Assembly: GCA_002269645.1 (NCBI GenBank)
Contig: NIVC01004820.1
Span: forward strand, 1-34,214
Origin: Macrostomum lignano
Taxonomy: Eukaryota
Direction: 5' to 3'
Length of the DNA: 34,214 nucleotides
Below the pieces are notes generated by a model. It was not told the DNA's origin. It worked only from the letters and a program-made list of their open reading frames with translations, and ran no database searches. The translations under genes were made by a program, and so were the position numbers. This document shows positions 10,891 through 22,044 of the stretch, piece by piece. Numbering within the stretch: the stretch's first letter is position 1; the number at the start of each line of letters is the position of its first letter.

Positions 10891-13800
10891 CTGTGTCACA
10901 GCTGTCTGTTGAGTCACTGTGTCAGATAGCTCATGTCTGTTGAGTCAGTGTGTCACAGCTGTCTGTTGAGTCAGTGTGTCAGATAGCTGATGTCTGTTGA
11001 GTCACTGTGTCATAGCTCATGTCTGTTGAGTCACTGTGTCATAGCTCATGTCTGTTGAGTCAGTGTGTCAGATAGCTCATGTCTGTTGAGTCAGTGTGTC
11101 AGATAGCTCATGTCTGTTGAGTCAGTGTGTCAGATAGCTCATGTCTGTTGAGTCAGTGTGTCAGATAGCTCATGTCTGTTGAGTCAGTGTGTCAGATAGC
11201 TCATGTCTGTTGAGTCAGTGTGTCAGATAGCTCATGTCTGTTGAGTCAGTGTGTCAGATAGCTCATGTCTGTTGAGTCAGTGTGTCAGATAGCTCATGTC
11301 TGTTGAGTCAGTGTGTCAGATAGCTCATGTCTGTTGAGTCAGTGTGTCAGATAGCTCATGTCTGTTGAGTCAGTGTGTCAGATAGCTCATGTCTGTTGAG
11401 TCAGTGTGTCAGATAGCTCATGTCTGTTGAGTCAGTGTGTCAGATAGCTCATGTCTGTTGAGTCAGTGTGTCACATAGCTCATGTCTGTTGAGTCAGTGT
11501 GTCACATAGCTCATGTCTGTTGAGTCACTGTGTCAGATAGCTCATGTCTGTTGAGTCAGTGTGTCAGATAGCTCATGTCTGTTGAGTCAGTGTGTCACAA
11601 TGCTCATGTCTGTTGAGTCACTGTGTCAGATAGCTCATGTCTGTTGAGTCAGTGTGTCAGATAGCTCATGTCTGTTGAGTCACTGTGTCAGATAGCTCAT
11701 GTCTGTTGAGTCAGTGTGTCAGATAGCTGATGTCTGCTGAGTCACTTTGTCAGATAGCTCATGTCTGTTGAGTCACTGTGTCACAAAGCTGATGTCTGTT
11801 GAGTCACTGTGTCAGATAGCTGATGTCTGTTGAGTCAGTGTGTCAGATAGCTCATGTCTGTTGAGTCAGTGTGTCAGATAGCTCATGTCTGTTGAGTCAC
11901 TGTGTCAGATAGCTCATGTCTGTTGAGTCAGTGTGTCAGATAGCTCATGTCTGTTGAGTCAGTGTGTCAGATAGCTCATGTCTGTTGAGTCACTGTGTCA
12001 GATAGCTGATGTCTGTTGAGTCAGTGTGTCAGATAGCTCATGTCTGTTGAGTCACTGTGTCAGATAGCTCATGTCTGTTGAGTCAGTGTGTCAGATAGCT
12101 CATGTCTGTTGAGTCAGTGTGTCAGATAGCTCATGTCTGTTGAGTCAGTGTGTCAGATAGCTCATGTCTGTTGAGTCACTGTGTCAGATAGCTCATGTCT
12201 GTTGAGTCAGTGTGTCAGATAGCTCATGTCTGTTGAGTCAGTGTGTCACAATGCTCATGTCTGTTGAGTCACTGTGTCAGATAGCTCATGTCTGTTGAGT
12301 CAGTGTGTCAGATAGCTCATGTCTGTTGAGTCACTGTGTCAGATAGCTCATGTCTGTTGAGTCAGTGTGTCAGATAGCTGATGTCTGCTGAGTCACTTTG
12401 TCAGATAGCTCATGTCTGTTGAGTCACTGTGTCACAAAGCTGATGTCTGTTGAGTCACTGTGTCAGATAGCTGATGTCTGTTGAGTCAGTGTGTCAGATA
12501 GCTCATGTCTGTTGAGTCAGTGTGTCAGATAGCTCATGTCTGTTGAGTCACTGTGTCAGATAGCTCATGTCTGTTGAGTCACTGTGTCAGATAGCTGATG
12601 TCTGTTGAGTCAGTGTGTCAGATAGCTCATGTCTGTTGAGTCAGTGTGTCACAAAGCTCATGTCTGTTGAGTCAGTGTGTCAGATAGTTCATGTCTGTTG
12701 AGTCAGTGTGTCAGATAGCTGATGTCTGCTGAGTCACTTTGTCAGATAGCTCATGTCTGTTGAGTCACTGTGTCACAAAGCTGATGTCTGTTGAGTCACT
12801 GTGTCAGATAGCTGATGTCTGTTGAGTCAGTGTGTCAGATAGCTGATGTCTGTTTAGTCAGTGTGTCAGATAGCTCATGTCTGTTGAGTCAGTGTGTCAG
12901 ATAGCTGATGTCTGTTGAGTCAGTGTGTCACATAGCTGATGTCTGTTGAGTCAGTGTGTCAGATAGCTCATGTCTGTTGAGTCAGTGTGTCAGATAGCTC
13001 ATGTCTGTTGAGTCAGTGTGTCAGATAGCTCATGTCTGTTGAGTCAGTGTGTCAGATAGCTCATGTCTGTTGAGTCAGTGTGTCACAATGCTCATGTCTG
13101 TTGAGTCAGTGTGTCAGATAGCTCATGTCTGTTGATTCAGTGTGTCACAAAGCTCATGTCTGTTGAGTCAGTGTGTCACAATGCTCATGTCTGTTGAGTC
13201 AGTGTGTCAGATAGCTCATGTCTGTTGATTCAGTGTGTCACAAGCTCATGTCTGTTGAGTCAGTGTGTCAGATAGCTCATGTCTGTTGAGTCAGTGTGTC
13301 AGATAGCTCATGTCTGTTGAGTCAGTGTGTCAGATAGCTCATGTCTGTTGAGTCAGTGTGTCAGATAGCTCATGTCTGTTGAGTCAGTGTGTCAGATAGC
13401 TCATGTCTGTTGAGTCAGTGTGTCAGATAGCTCATGTCTGTTGAGTCAGTGTGTCAGATAGCTCATGTCTGTTGAGTCAGTGTGTCAGATAGCTCATGTC
13501 TGTTGAGTCAGTGTGTCAGATAGCTCATGTCTGTTGAGTCAGTGTGTCAGATAGCTCATGTCTGTTGAGTCACTGTGTCAGATAGCTCATGTCTGTTGAG
13601 TCAGTGTGTCAGATAGCTCATGTCTGTTGAGTCAGTGTGTCAGATAGCTCATGTCTGTTGAGTCAGTGTGTCAGATAGCTCATGTCTGTTGAGTCAGTGT
13701 GTCAGATAGCTCATGTCTGTTGAGTCAGTGTGTCAGATAGCTGATGTCTGTTGAGTCACTGTGTCAGATAGCTCATGTCTGTTGAGTCACTGTGTCAGAT

Positions 13801-15910
13801 AGCTGATGTCTGTTGAGTCAGTGTGTCAGATAGCTCATGTCTGTTGAGTCAGTGTGTCAGATAGCTCATGTCTGTTGAGTCAGTGTGTCAGATAGCTCAT
13901 GTCTGTTGAGTCAGTGTGTCAGATAGCTCATGTCTGTTGAGTCAGTGTGTCACATAGCTGATGTCTGTTGAGTCAGTGTGTCAGATAGCTCATGTCTGTT
14001 GAGTCAGTGTGTCAGATAGCTCATGTCTGTTGAGTCAGTGTGTCAGATAGCTCATGTCTGTTGAGTCAGTGTGTCAGATAGCTCATGTCTGTTGAGTCAG
14101 TGTGTCAGATAGCTCATGTCTGTTGAGTCAGTGTGTCAGATAGCTCATGTCTGTTGAGTCAGTGTGTCAGATAGCTCATGTCTGTTGAGTCAGTGTGTCA
14201 GATAGCTCATGTCTGTTGAGTCAGTGTGTCAGATAGCTCATGTCTGTTGAGTCAGTGTGTCAGATAGCTCATGTCTGTTGAGTCAGTGTGTCAGATAGCT
14301 CATGTCTGTTGAGTCAGTGTGTCAGATAGCTCATGTCTGTTGAGTCAGTGTGTCAGATAGCTCATGTCTGTTGAGTCACTGTGTCAGATAGCTCATGTCT
14401 GTTGAGTCAGTGTGTCAGATAGCTGATGTCTGTTGAGTCACTGTGTCAGATAGCTCATGTCTGTTGAGTCACTGTGTCAGATAGCTGATGTCTGTTGAGT
14501 CACTGTGTCAGATAGCTGATGTCTGTTGAGTCAGTGTGTCAGATAGCTGATGTCTGTTGAGTCAGTGTGTCAGATAGCTCATGTCTGTTGAGTCAGTGTG
14601 TCAGATAGCTCATGTCTGTTGAGTCAGTGTGTCAGATAGCTCATGTCTGTTGAGTCAGTGTGTCAGATAGCTCATGTCTGTTGAGTCAGTGTGTCAGATA
14701 GCTGATGTCTGTTGAGTCACTGTGTCAGATAGCTCATGTCTGTTGAGTCACTGTGTCAGATAGCTGATGTCTGTTGAGTCAGTGTGTCAGATAGCTCATG
14801 TCTGTTGAGTCAGTGTGTCAGATAGCTCATGTCTGTTGAGTCAGTGTGTCAGATAGCTCATGTCTGTTGAGTCAGTGTGTCAGATAGCTCATGTCTGTTG
14901 AGTCAGTGTGTCAGATAGCTCATGTCTGTTGAGTCAGTGTGTCAGATAGCTCATGTCTGTTGAGTCAGTGTGTCAGATAGCTCATGTCTGTTGAGTCAGT
15001 GTGTCAGATAGCTCATGTCTGTTGAGTCAGTGTGTCACATAGCTCATGTCTGTTGAGTCAGTGTGTCACATAGCTCATGTCTGTTGAGTCAGTGTGTCAG
15101 ATAGCTCATGTCTGTTGAGTCAGTGTGTCAGATAGCTCATGTCTGTTGAGTCAGTGTGTCAGATAGCTCATGTCTGTTGAGTCAGTGTGTCACATGCTCA
15201 TGTCTGTTGAGTCAGTGTGTCAATAGCTCATGTCTGTTGAGTCAGTGTGTCAGATAGCTCATGTCTGTTGAGTCAGTGTGTCAGATAGCTCATGTCTGTT
15301 GAGTCAGTGTGTCAGATAGCTCATGTCTGTTGAGTCAGTGTGTCAGATAGCTCATGTCTGTTGAGTCAGTGTGTCAGATAGCTCATGTCTGTTGAGTCAG
15401 TGTGTCAGATAGCTCATGTCTGTTGAGTCAGTGTGTCAGATAGCTCATGTCTGTTGAGTCAGTGTGTCAGATAGCTCATGTCTGTTGAGTCAGTGTGTCA
15501 GATAGCTCATGTCTGTTGAGTCAGTGTGTCAGATAGCTCATGTCTGTTGAGTCAGTGTGTCAGATAGCTCATGTCTGTTGAGTCAGTGTGTCAGATAGCT
15601 CATGTCTGTTGAGTCAGTGTGTCAGATAGCTCATGTCTGTTGAGTCAGTGTGTCAGATAGCTGATGTCTGTTGAGTCAGTGTGTCAGATAGCTCATGTCT
15701 GTTGAGTCAGTGTGTCAGATAGCTCATGTCTGTTGAGTCAGTGTGTCAGATAGCTCATGTCTGTTGAGTCAGTGTGTCAGATAGCTCATGTCTGTTGAGT
15801 CAGTGTGTCAGATAGCTCATGTCTGTTGAGTCAGTGTGTCAGATAGCTCATGTCTGTTGAGTCAGTGTGTCAGATAGCTCATGTCTGTTGAGTCAGTGTG
15901 TCAGATAGCT
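10891..15910. repeat. 5-kb intronic satellite, 31-bp unit (GTCTGTTGAGTCAGTGTGTCAGATAGCTCAT), ~160 copies
   Basis: A highly homogeneous array filling 14-3-3 intron 2 (16038-10845). 5020/31 gives about 162 units. Confidence 0.97.
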
Positions 15911-16038
15911 GTACTGTTATTCAATGTGTCAGATGACTCGGGCTTGCACTCTCTTTTAGTCATACATGTATTTGTCAGAAAGCGTGTTTGCATTCGCGCT
16001 CATTGAGTAGACTGTACATGTACAGCAGTCGAGCTCAC

Positions 16039-16326
16039 CGCCTTAGCCAGCGAGATGGCAGCGGAGGACTCATTCTTGATCTCCTGGAGGAAGACGCTGT
16101 AGTTGAGCGCCAGGCCCAGCCGGATCGGGTGAGTGCAGGCCAGCTTCTCTTCCGCTGACTTGCTGGCGAAGCTGTAGGTCCGGTCGGCGTTCTCGATGAT
16201 CACTCCGCGATCGTTGCCAATTGAAGTCTCGGCCAGGTAGCGGTAATAGTCGCCCTTCATCTTGTAGTAGAAAATTATCGACTCGTCACTGCGAGCATTT
16301 TTCAGCAGATGGTCGTCCAGAAGATT
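16039..16326 (-). CDS. 14-3-3: 14-3-3 protein, exon 2
   Basis: NLLDDHLL...KMKGDYYRYLAE...HPIRLGLALNYSVF...LAKA. Acceptor tttccAG at 16327 and donor GTGAGC at 16038. 96 codons. Confidence 0.93.
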
Positions 16327-16547
16327 CTGGAAACGTTGAGATTTTGAAAACTCAAATTCACGCACTCGCACACACGCTCACACGGGGTGTACAGCGTCCT
16401 TGACTTTCTAATCGTCAGGTATGTACATTCTCTGTGCCTTGGGGTTGGCTTTCATGGGTTTGGGTTTCACGAAAAATACCGATACGACACTCAACCAATC
16501 TGCCACCTTGAAACCAATCTAAACATGTTAACACCCACCCAGGCGTA

Positions 16548-16962
16548 CCCGACAACCATCCAGACAATTCGACAAACATCCAGACAATTCGACAAACATC
16601 CAGACAATTCGACAACCATCCAGACAATTCGACAACCATCCAGACAACGGCAAACAACCATCCAGACAATCCGACAACCATCCAGACAACCCGACAAACA
16701 TCCAGACAACCCGACAAACATCCAGACAATTCGACAACCATCCAGACAATTCGACAACCATCCAGACAACCCGACAAACATCCAGACAACCCGACAACCA
16801 TCCAGACAACCATCCAGACAACCCGACAAACATCCAGACAACCCGACAACCATCCAGACAACCATCCAGACAACCCGACAAACATCCAGACAACCCGACA
16901 AACATCCAGACAACCCGACAAACATCCAGACAACGGCAAACAACCATCCAGACAACCCGACA
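16548..16962. repeat. Intronic minisatellite, ~20-bp unit (TCCAGACAACCCGACAAACA)
   Basis: Visible tandem repetition in 14-3-3 intron 1 (17073-16327). Confidence 0.93.
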
Positions 16963-17073
16963 CCCATTATAAGACCTTAATGCACATTAAGCTACCCTAG
17001 CCCTACCCTACCCCAGTTTAACTGCTAAGATTATTTCCAAGGTTCTTCGCCAAAATGCATGAAATGAACCAAC

Positions 17074-17424
17074 CTGAACTTCGGTGCAGATCTTCTGCAG
17101 TTCGCTCTCAATCTGCTGCCGAAACTCCTTGATGTTGGCGCGCTTCCTGTCGTTTGTGTCGTTCATTTTCACTTCAATTCCGGCGATCAACCGCCAGGAA
17201 ATTCTACGAGGGCTAATAAAATTCTTATAAGCTACTGACAGTAGATTCCGCTCCTCCACGCCCAGTTCGCGCCCCTTCTCGGCTACCGACTTCATCGCCG
17301 ATGCCATGTCTTCGTACCGTTCGGCCTGCTCGGCCAGCCTGGCTAAGTGGACGAGCTCCTCGCGTGGCGCGGGACTGGAGTTGGCGAACCAATCGATAAC
17401 CATGGATTCGTTAGTAGAGAGCAT
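17074..17424 (-). CDS. 14-3-3: 14-3-3 protein, exon 1
   Basis: [20 protein letters not shown]...[18 protein letters not shown]. Donor GTTGG at 17073, phase 0. Start is ATG 17424 or 17403. The spliced product is 260 aa from 17424. Confidence 0.93.
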
Positions 17425-17787
17425 TGCCGACTCGGGTTGGTTGATTGATTGATTGATTCTCTTTGTAAACGAAACTTTTCAAGCGATAATCGTTTGACTT
17501 TGTCTTTATGTTTTCTTCTTTGCTCGCTTTAAACTTGCAGACCAGAGAATATATTTACCATTTAGTGCGTGGTTAAACCAAACATCACATACACACAAGA
17601 TGGGCCACTCGTGTGGCCATAGAAGCTAATGTGAAAAATTTTGCAACTCGTTCCAGTGCGAAAATCAACTACTGAACTCATTTTCGTCAGTAGTCTCTGC
17701 AGTGCATGCATCATTCTTAGTTTGATTGATTGGTTGATTAGACGCACGTAGCATTTTTTCCTTGCATGGACTCGCATCTACCGCGAC

Positions 17788-18243
17788 TGTGACGATTTAT
17801 CCGGCAGACTCGAAAATGACTAACGAAGACAAACACGGCAGAGGCAAATTTTGTTGCGGTAGCACTACAGTGGCACTGTAGATGATAGTAACGACTGATG
17901 CGGGCAATGGCCGTAGTCTTTATTTATTGTAACCGTATGAGAGGATAGTTAGGCTTGACTATTATCAATTCTGTCTGGGTGGTCAACAGAGATAGGTCAG
18001 AATACTTGCTGAATCCGTAGGAAATGCACTGGGCGGCTACGCAACAATAAGAAGATGGTAGACGATAGAATGAGTCGATGAGCCTGAGGCAATGGTGACG
18101 ATGTGATGGTGGTGAACGTGTGGTGGCGGTGCTCGTAGCGAGAGCTCGTACAGACAGTAGAGGTGGCGTGACTGAGATTTGGCAGAGGCGTGGTTTAGAA
18201 CCGTGGCGGAGCGAGGCGGAGAGAGAAGGCAAGCAAACAATGA
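17788..18243. repeat. Dispersed direct repeat, copy 1, left arm (continues at 21222-~21350 after the Harbinger insertion)
   Basis: Aligns by eye along its length with 26114-~26650, and both copies start TGTGAC. Confidence 0.85.
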
Positions 18244-18614
18244 GGGCCCGTTCTATAAAGCTTGCGTATCCTTAAGTTCAAACTTACGTTCGCGCCGTGT
18301 CGTAAAATGTTCGGTGAAACAATCGTATCTTAAGACCGTTCTTAGATTTAAGAAGCGTAAGCGTAAATTTGCGTTCGGTGAAACTTTCGTAAGTCACTTC
18401 GGCTTCTTAAGTTCCGCCGTAAATCTAAGACAGGTCGGAACTGTCGTAAGTCACTCTTTAGTTGTGAAAATGCACAGCGCCGACTTCATTCAGTCAAGAA
18501 ATTCGCATTTTACTGTATATTTGAGTAAGTTTAAAGACTGAAAAAATCAAACAATAATGAAAATTGTTAATTTAAAGTTTGAGTAGCAATAAACACAAAT
18601 TTTGCTTAAGTGAG

Positions 18615-19655
18615 TCACGGTGGGAGTAGCTCCATGATCCGCTGCCTTTCTGCTCGACCAGCAGCGGTGTCTTCAGCCAGTGCGGCTTCATTTTCAGCAG
18701 TAGCTTCCATGGCTAGCAGCTGATGCTCATGTGGTGGAAGTGGAATGGCTCTGGCCACGGCGAAATTGTGGAGCACGCAGCATGCAACAATGATGTTGCA
18801 CACTTTACTGGGATTAAATTGTAAAGCTCCTCCGCTGTGATCGAGGCATCGAAATCTCGCTTTCAAAACACCAAAAGCCCTCTCGATTGTTACGCGCGTT
18901 TTGCTTAATCGCCGGTTGAAATTTTGCTCGGAATTTTTTTGTGGATCCCTAAATGGCGTCATCAGAAATGGTCGGAGTGGGTAGCCCGCATCTCCAACCA
19001 AGAAGCCAGCGACCTTCCCATTCGCGAGGAGATCTTTCAGTGCAGATTGTTGAAAAATGAAGGAGTCGTGGCTACTTCCAGGCGAACGTGCGACAACGTT
19101 TGTAAATGCGAGATTGGCACTACATACGGCCTGAACATTAATCGAGTGAAATCCTTTTCGATTAATGAAGATTCCACCGTCATCGGTAGGGCACCGGATG
19201 CGGATGTGCGTGCAGTCTATGGCTCCGAGCACCTGAGGCACTCCGGCAATTTCAAAAAATGCACGTGCTGATGCTGCTGCTGCTTGCTGATTGCTTGGAA
19301 ACGAAACGCAAATGGGTGCCATGTCCCGAAGCAGCAGGCAAACTTCAGTCACAACTCCGGACACCGTGACGCAGCTACAGTTGAAAACGTCCCTAATGAC
19401 TTTGAGAAAGCTGCCTGTTGCAAAAAATCGGAGGGCAAGGCAAACCTGCAGTTCGACGGAAATAGCTCTGTTGCGACGCGTCTGACGTTGTAGTTGCGGC
19501 CGCAGCAACTCAATGAGCTCCAGCAAAGGTTGACGTGGCAGCCGGTACCGCTCGAAAATTTCCCGATTACTGAAGTCGAGAGGGTCAAGTCTGTCTCGAA
19601 ACCTTCTCTCAGTTCTCAAAGCATGCTGAGCAAATGCGATGCCCAGAAAATTCAT
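18615..19655 (-). CDS. Harbinger (HARBI1-like) DDE transposase, 346 aa from ATG 19655
   Basis: Uninterrupted ORF with N-terminal HTH-like ISVELQVCLALRFFATGS and catalytic motifs GAIDCTHI (D), LVGDAGYPL (D) and RVTIERAFGVLKARFRCL (E). The ORF track start at 19694 is a TTG. Confidence 0.95.
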   Translation of the reverse strand: MNFLGIAFAQHALRTERRFRDRLDPLDFSNREIFERYRLPRQPLLELIELLRPQLQRQTRRNRAISVELQVCLALRFFATGSFLKVIRDVFNCSCVTVSGVVTEVCLLLRDMAPICVSFPSNQQAAAASARAFFEIAGVPQVLGAIDCTHIRIRCPTDDGGIFINRKGFHSINVQAVCSANLAFTNVVARSPGSSHDSFIFQQSALKDLLANGKVAGFLVGDAGYPLRPFLMTPFRDPQKNSEQNFNRRLSKTRVTIERAFGVLKARFRCLDHSGGALQFNPSKVCNIIVACCVLHNFAVARAIPLPPHEHQLLAMEATAENEAALAEDTAAGRAERQRIMELLPP

Positions 19656-20061
19656 TCTCGGATCTGACTTTGGCAATTGCAAGTGAGTTAGCAATCCGAT
19701 GGGGAATTTCAGCGCTAAGTTCTTGAAGCATAAGTTGCTTCAAATAGATAATTAGATAATAGATTTTATTGGTTAATTAAGTAAGTTTTAAGAGGCCGGC
19801 CCGGGGCCGGTGTCAAACCACTCTAATTATCCTTAACTTTATGTCCCCTAACTGTGTGACTGGCTGACCGTCTTATCATGCCGACCTGATAATTGCTCCT
19901 CAAATATACGTTCGCATCACATAATTGATCTTGCCGTCGAAGGATTGCAAACAGCCTTGACCAATCGATATTTAAGTAGAGTGGCAATTACGCTCGTATA
20001 GCTCGTATAACAGCATAAAGAGAAGCTGATACGGTCGAAAGTGCCAAATAATTGGAATGCA

Positions 20062-20865
20062 ATGAATTCTAACGCAGCACAAAAACGCGCGCGGCGAACT
20101 GGTCAACGGCGGAACTGGAGACGCTGCAAGAAGCAACGACCGAACGGAAAAGTTACCTGGAGAGCCCCGCAAATACTGTCGAAGCGAATTTTCGCAAAAA
20201 ACGCGGATGGCAGCAAATGGCTGATATCGTGAATGCAGTCGGTGGACAAGGACGATCTGGAGAGAACTGCCGAAAGCGGTGGTCCGACTTCAAGAGTCAA
20301 CTGAAGAACAAAGTAGCCAGCATCCGCAAGGAGCAAGCTAAGACAGGAGGCGGTCCATCGCAGGCCCCACAGCTGTCGAGTTTAGAGGAGAAGGCGGCGC
20401 AGTCCATCCGAAAACAGGTCGTGGAAGGCGTGCCACGTGGTGTTGACACGCTGCAGCTGCCTAAATCCAATAGTGCAGCATCCAGCTCGGCGGCCAAGTA
20501 CATTGATATCGCAAGTGCGCCTGCTGAAGAATTTTCCGAAGCTGTTGGCAGAAGCGCATCGCCTGAGTACGAGACAGCTGACGACGAAAAAAGTAAAGAG
20601 TCTGTTGCTACGAGCTAACCCCGCTGCCAAGAACACGAAGCGTCAGCGAAAGCAGAGCAAACTTGGGCTGATCGAAAGCTTAGAAATAAAACGTCTTCGG
20701 GTGGAGGAAGCTCGATTGGAAGTTCAAAACGACAGATTGTTTGTCGAGAGAGAGAGGCTGAAGATCGAGACGGAACGTCTACGCGTTGAGCAGGAAAGAC
20801 TGACGATAGAAAAGAAAAATCGAGGCATTGAGAGCAGTCAACAGCTTAATTTTAATGACATGTGA
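20062..20865 (+). CDS. Harbinger Myb/SANT-like DNA-binding protein (MSANTD/NAIF1-like), with two frameshifts as assembled
   Basis: MNSNAAQKRA (ATG 20062), then a shift near 20092 into ANWSTAELETL...KKRGWQQMADIVNAVGGQGRSGENCRKRWSDFK...KTGGGPS (trihelix with W residues and the TGGG motif). A second shift near 20590-20620 leads into a coiled coil LEIKRLRVEEARLEV...ERERLKIETERL. Stop TGA 20863-20865. Confidence 0.8.
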
Positions 20866-21221
20866 TGTGTCAAAATGGCACTAGGAACGTAATTAAGGAA
20901 TTCGCTAGGCCTTATTTGTATATGCGAATGAATAAGGCACCCTTGTTTGAATGTTTTTAATGTGCCTTAAATGTTTTTAGTGCAACGTGTGTTTTTTACT
21001 AGCTAAGTTCCAATTACGGTAAAATCAGTTCCAAAAAGACCACTGGCAGAAGAAAAAGTCAGGCATGAATTCTTAAGTTTGATCGCAGCTACTGCGTAAG
21101 TTACGACGCATCTGCGAAAGTTTCACCGAACGCACTTAAGAACATTCTGAGACGGTTCTCAACTCTCGTGCGTAAGTTGGATCGTACGACGGAACTTACG
21201 AAAGTTTTATAGAACGGGCCC

Positions 21222-21350
21222 TGAGTGCCGTGGTGGTGAGAGGCAGGCGAGAAGCGGGGTGGCAAGGGTCTAAGGGGTCGACGGCGGAATAACCCCGAGC
21301 GCCCCAGCCAGACAGGACTGATAAGGAGCGGGCTGGGGGTGGGTGCGCGC
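21222..21350. repeat. Dispersed direct repeat, copy 1, right arm
   Basis: gtgccg...ggtctaagggg...aaccccgagcgcccc.gccagaca.gactgataag aligns with 26564-26650. Confidence 0.8.
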
Positions 21351-22044
21351 GGAGAACTTAATTTTAGGCTAACATAATTTATGCGCGGCTTTTCTATTGG
21401 CCGGCGAGAAAAACAGAAATTATCGATCGCCTACTGTACTTAGGCTTTACAAACGTACGCAAGTTGTTTAAAATTCTTTGAGCACTACTTTAAGCAGACG
21501 TGAGAGTACGGGACCATTAAATTAACAATATTATAGATAGGTACCGTATGCTAAAACGGCCCTTGACGGGGCTACTTAAATTCACAACGTCACGCGACCA
21601 TCAGTCAATTCAGTAGCTTAGACGCGCATCTAACATTTTTGCTTTGAAACAAAATTGAAGCGTTCATTGTTAATTAATAACATATGTGTGCATGAAGAAG
21701 AATTAATATCAGTTGTGAAACATTTTATTAGTAACTGTAGTCAATACGAGCTAGTCAGATGCATCCAAAGGCACTCAGATGAATTCATTCGGCCTTTTAA
21801 CGATGTTCCACAGTTAAAGATGAATACATGCAGATAGGATTTTCATTGGACAATAAATATGCTCAGTTGTTATTTATTTGTTAAAATGTTTAAAAGAAAA
21901 CGCAGTTTTTCAAATTTAGAAACTTTACATTACGAAATAAGATGTGAAAGTTCAAATGTAACGAATTTCATCAGGAAAAGTCAGTTACGAGCGTATAAGT
22001 AGCAATTAGCCTTCAAAATGGAGCACATATGCACCCCAAAAACC

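Larger units (their letters stand above)
18244..21221. mobile_element. Full-length PIF/Harbinger DNA transposon (2978 bp)
   Basis: TIRs GGGCCCGTTCTATAAAgCTTgCGTA (18244-18268) and the reverse complement at 21197-21221 match at 23/25. The 3-bp TSD TGA is at 18241-18243 and 21222-21224. It encodes a DDE transposase and a Myb/SANT protein. The paralogous empty site at 26551-26569 confirms the boundaries. Confidence 0.95.

Noticed and set aside
10891-15910. CRISPR-like appearance of ~31-bp repeats
   Set aside because: The units are directly adjacent with no unique spacers, the context is eukaryotic and there are no cas genes.
17788-21374. Copy 1 of the direct repeat as a clean solo LTR
   Set aside because: TG...CA termini can be drawn, but the flanks (gcgac and taatt) do not form a target-site duplication.
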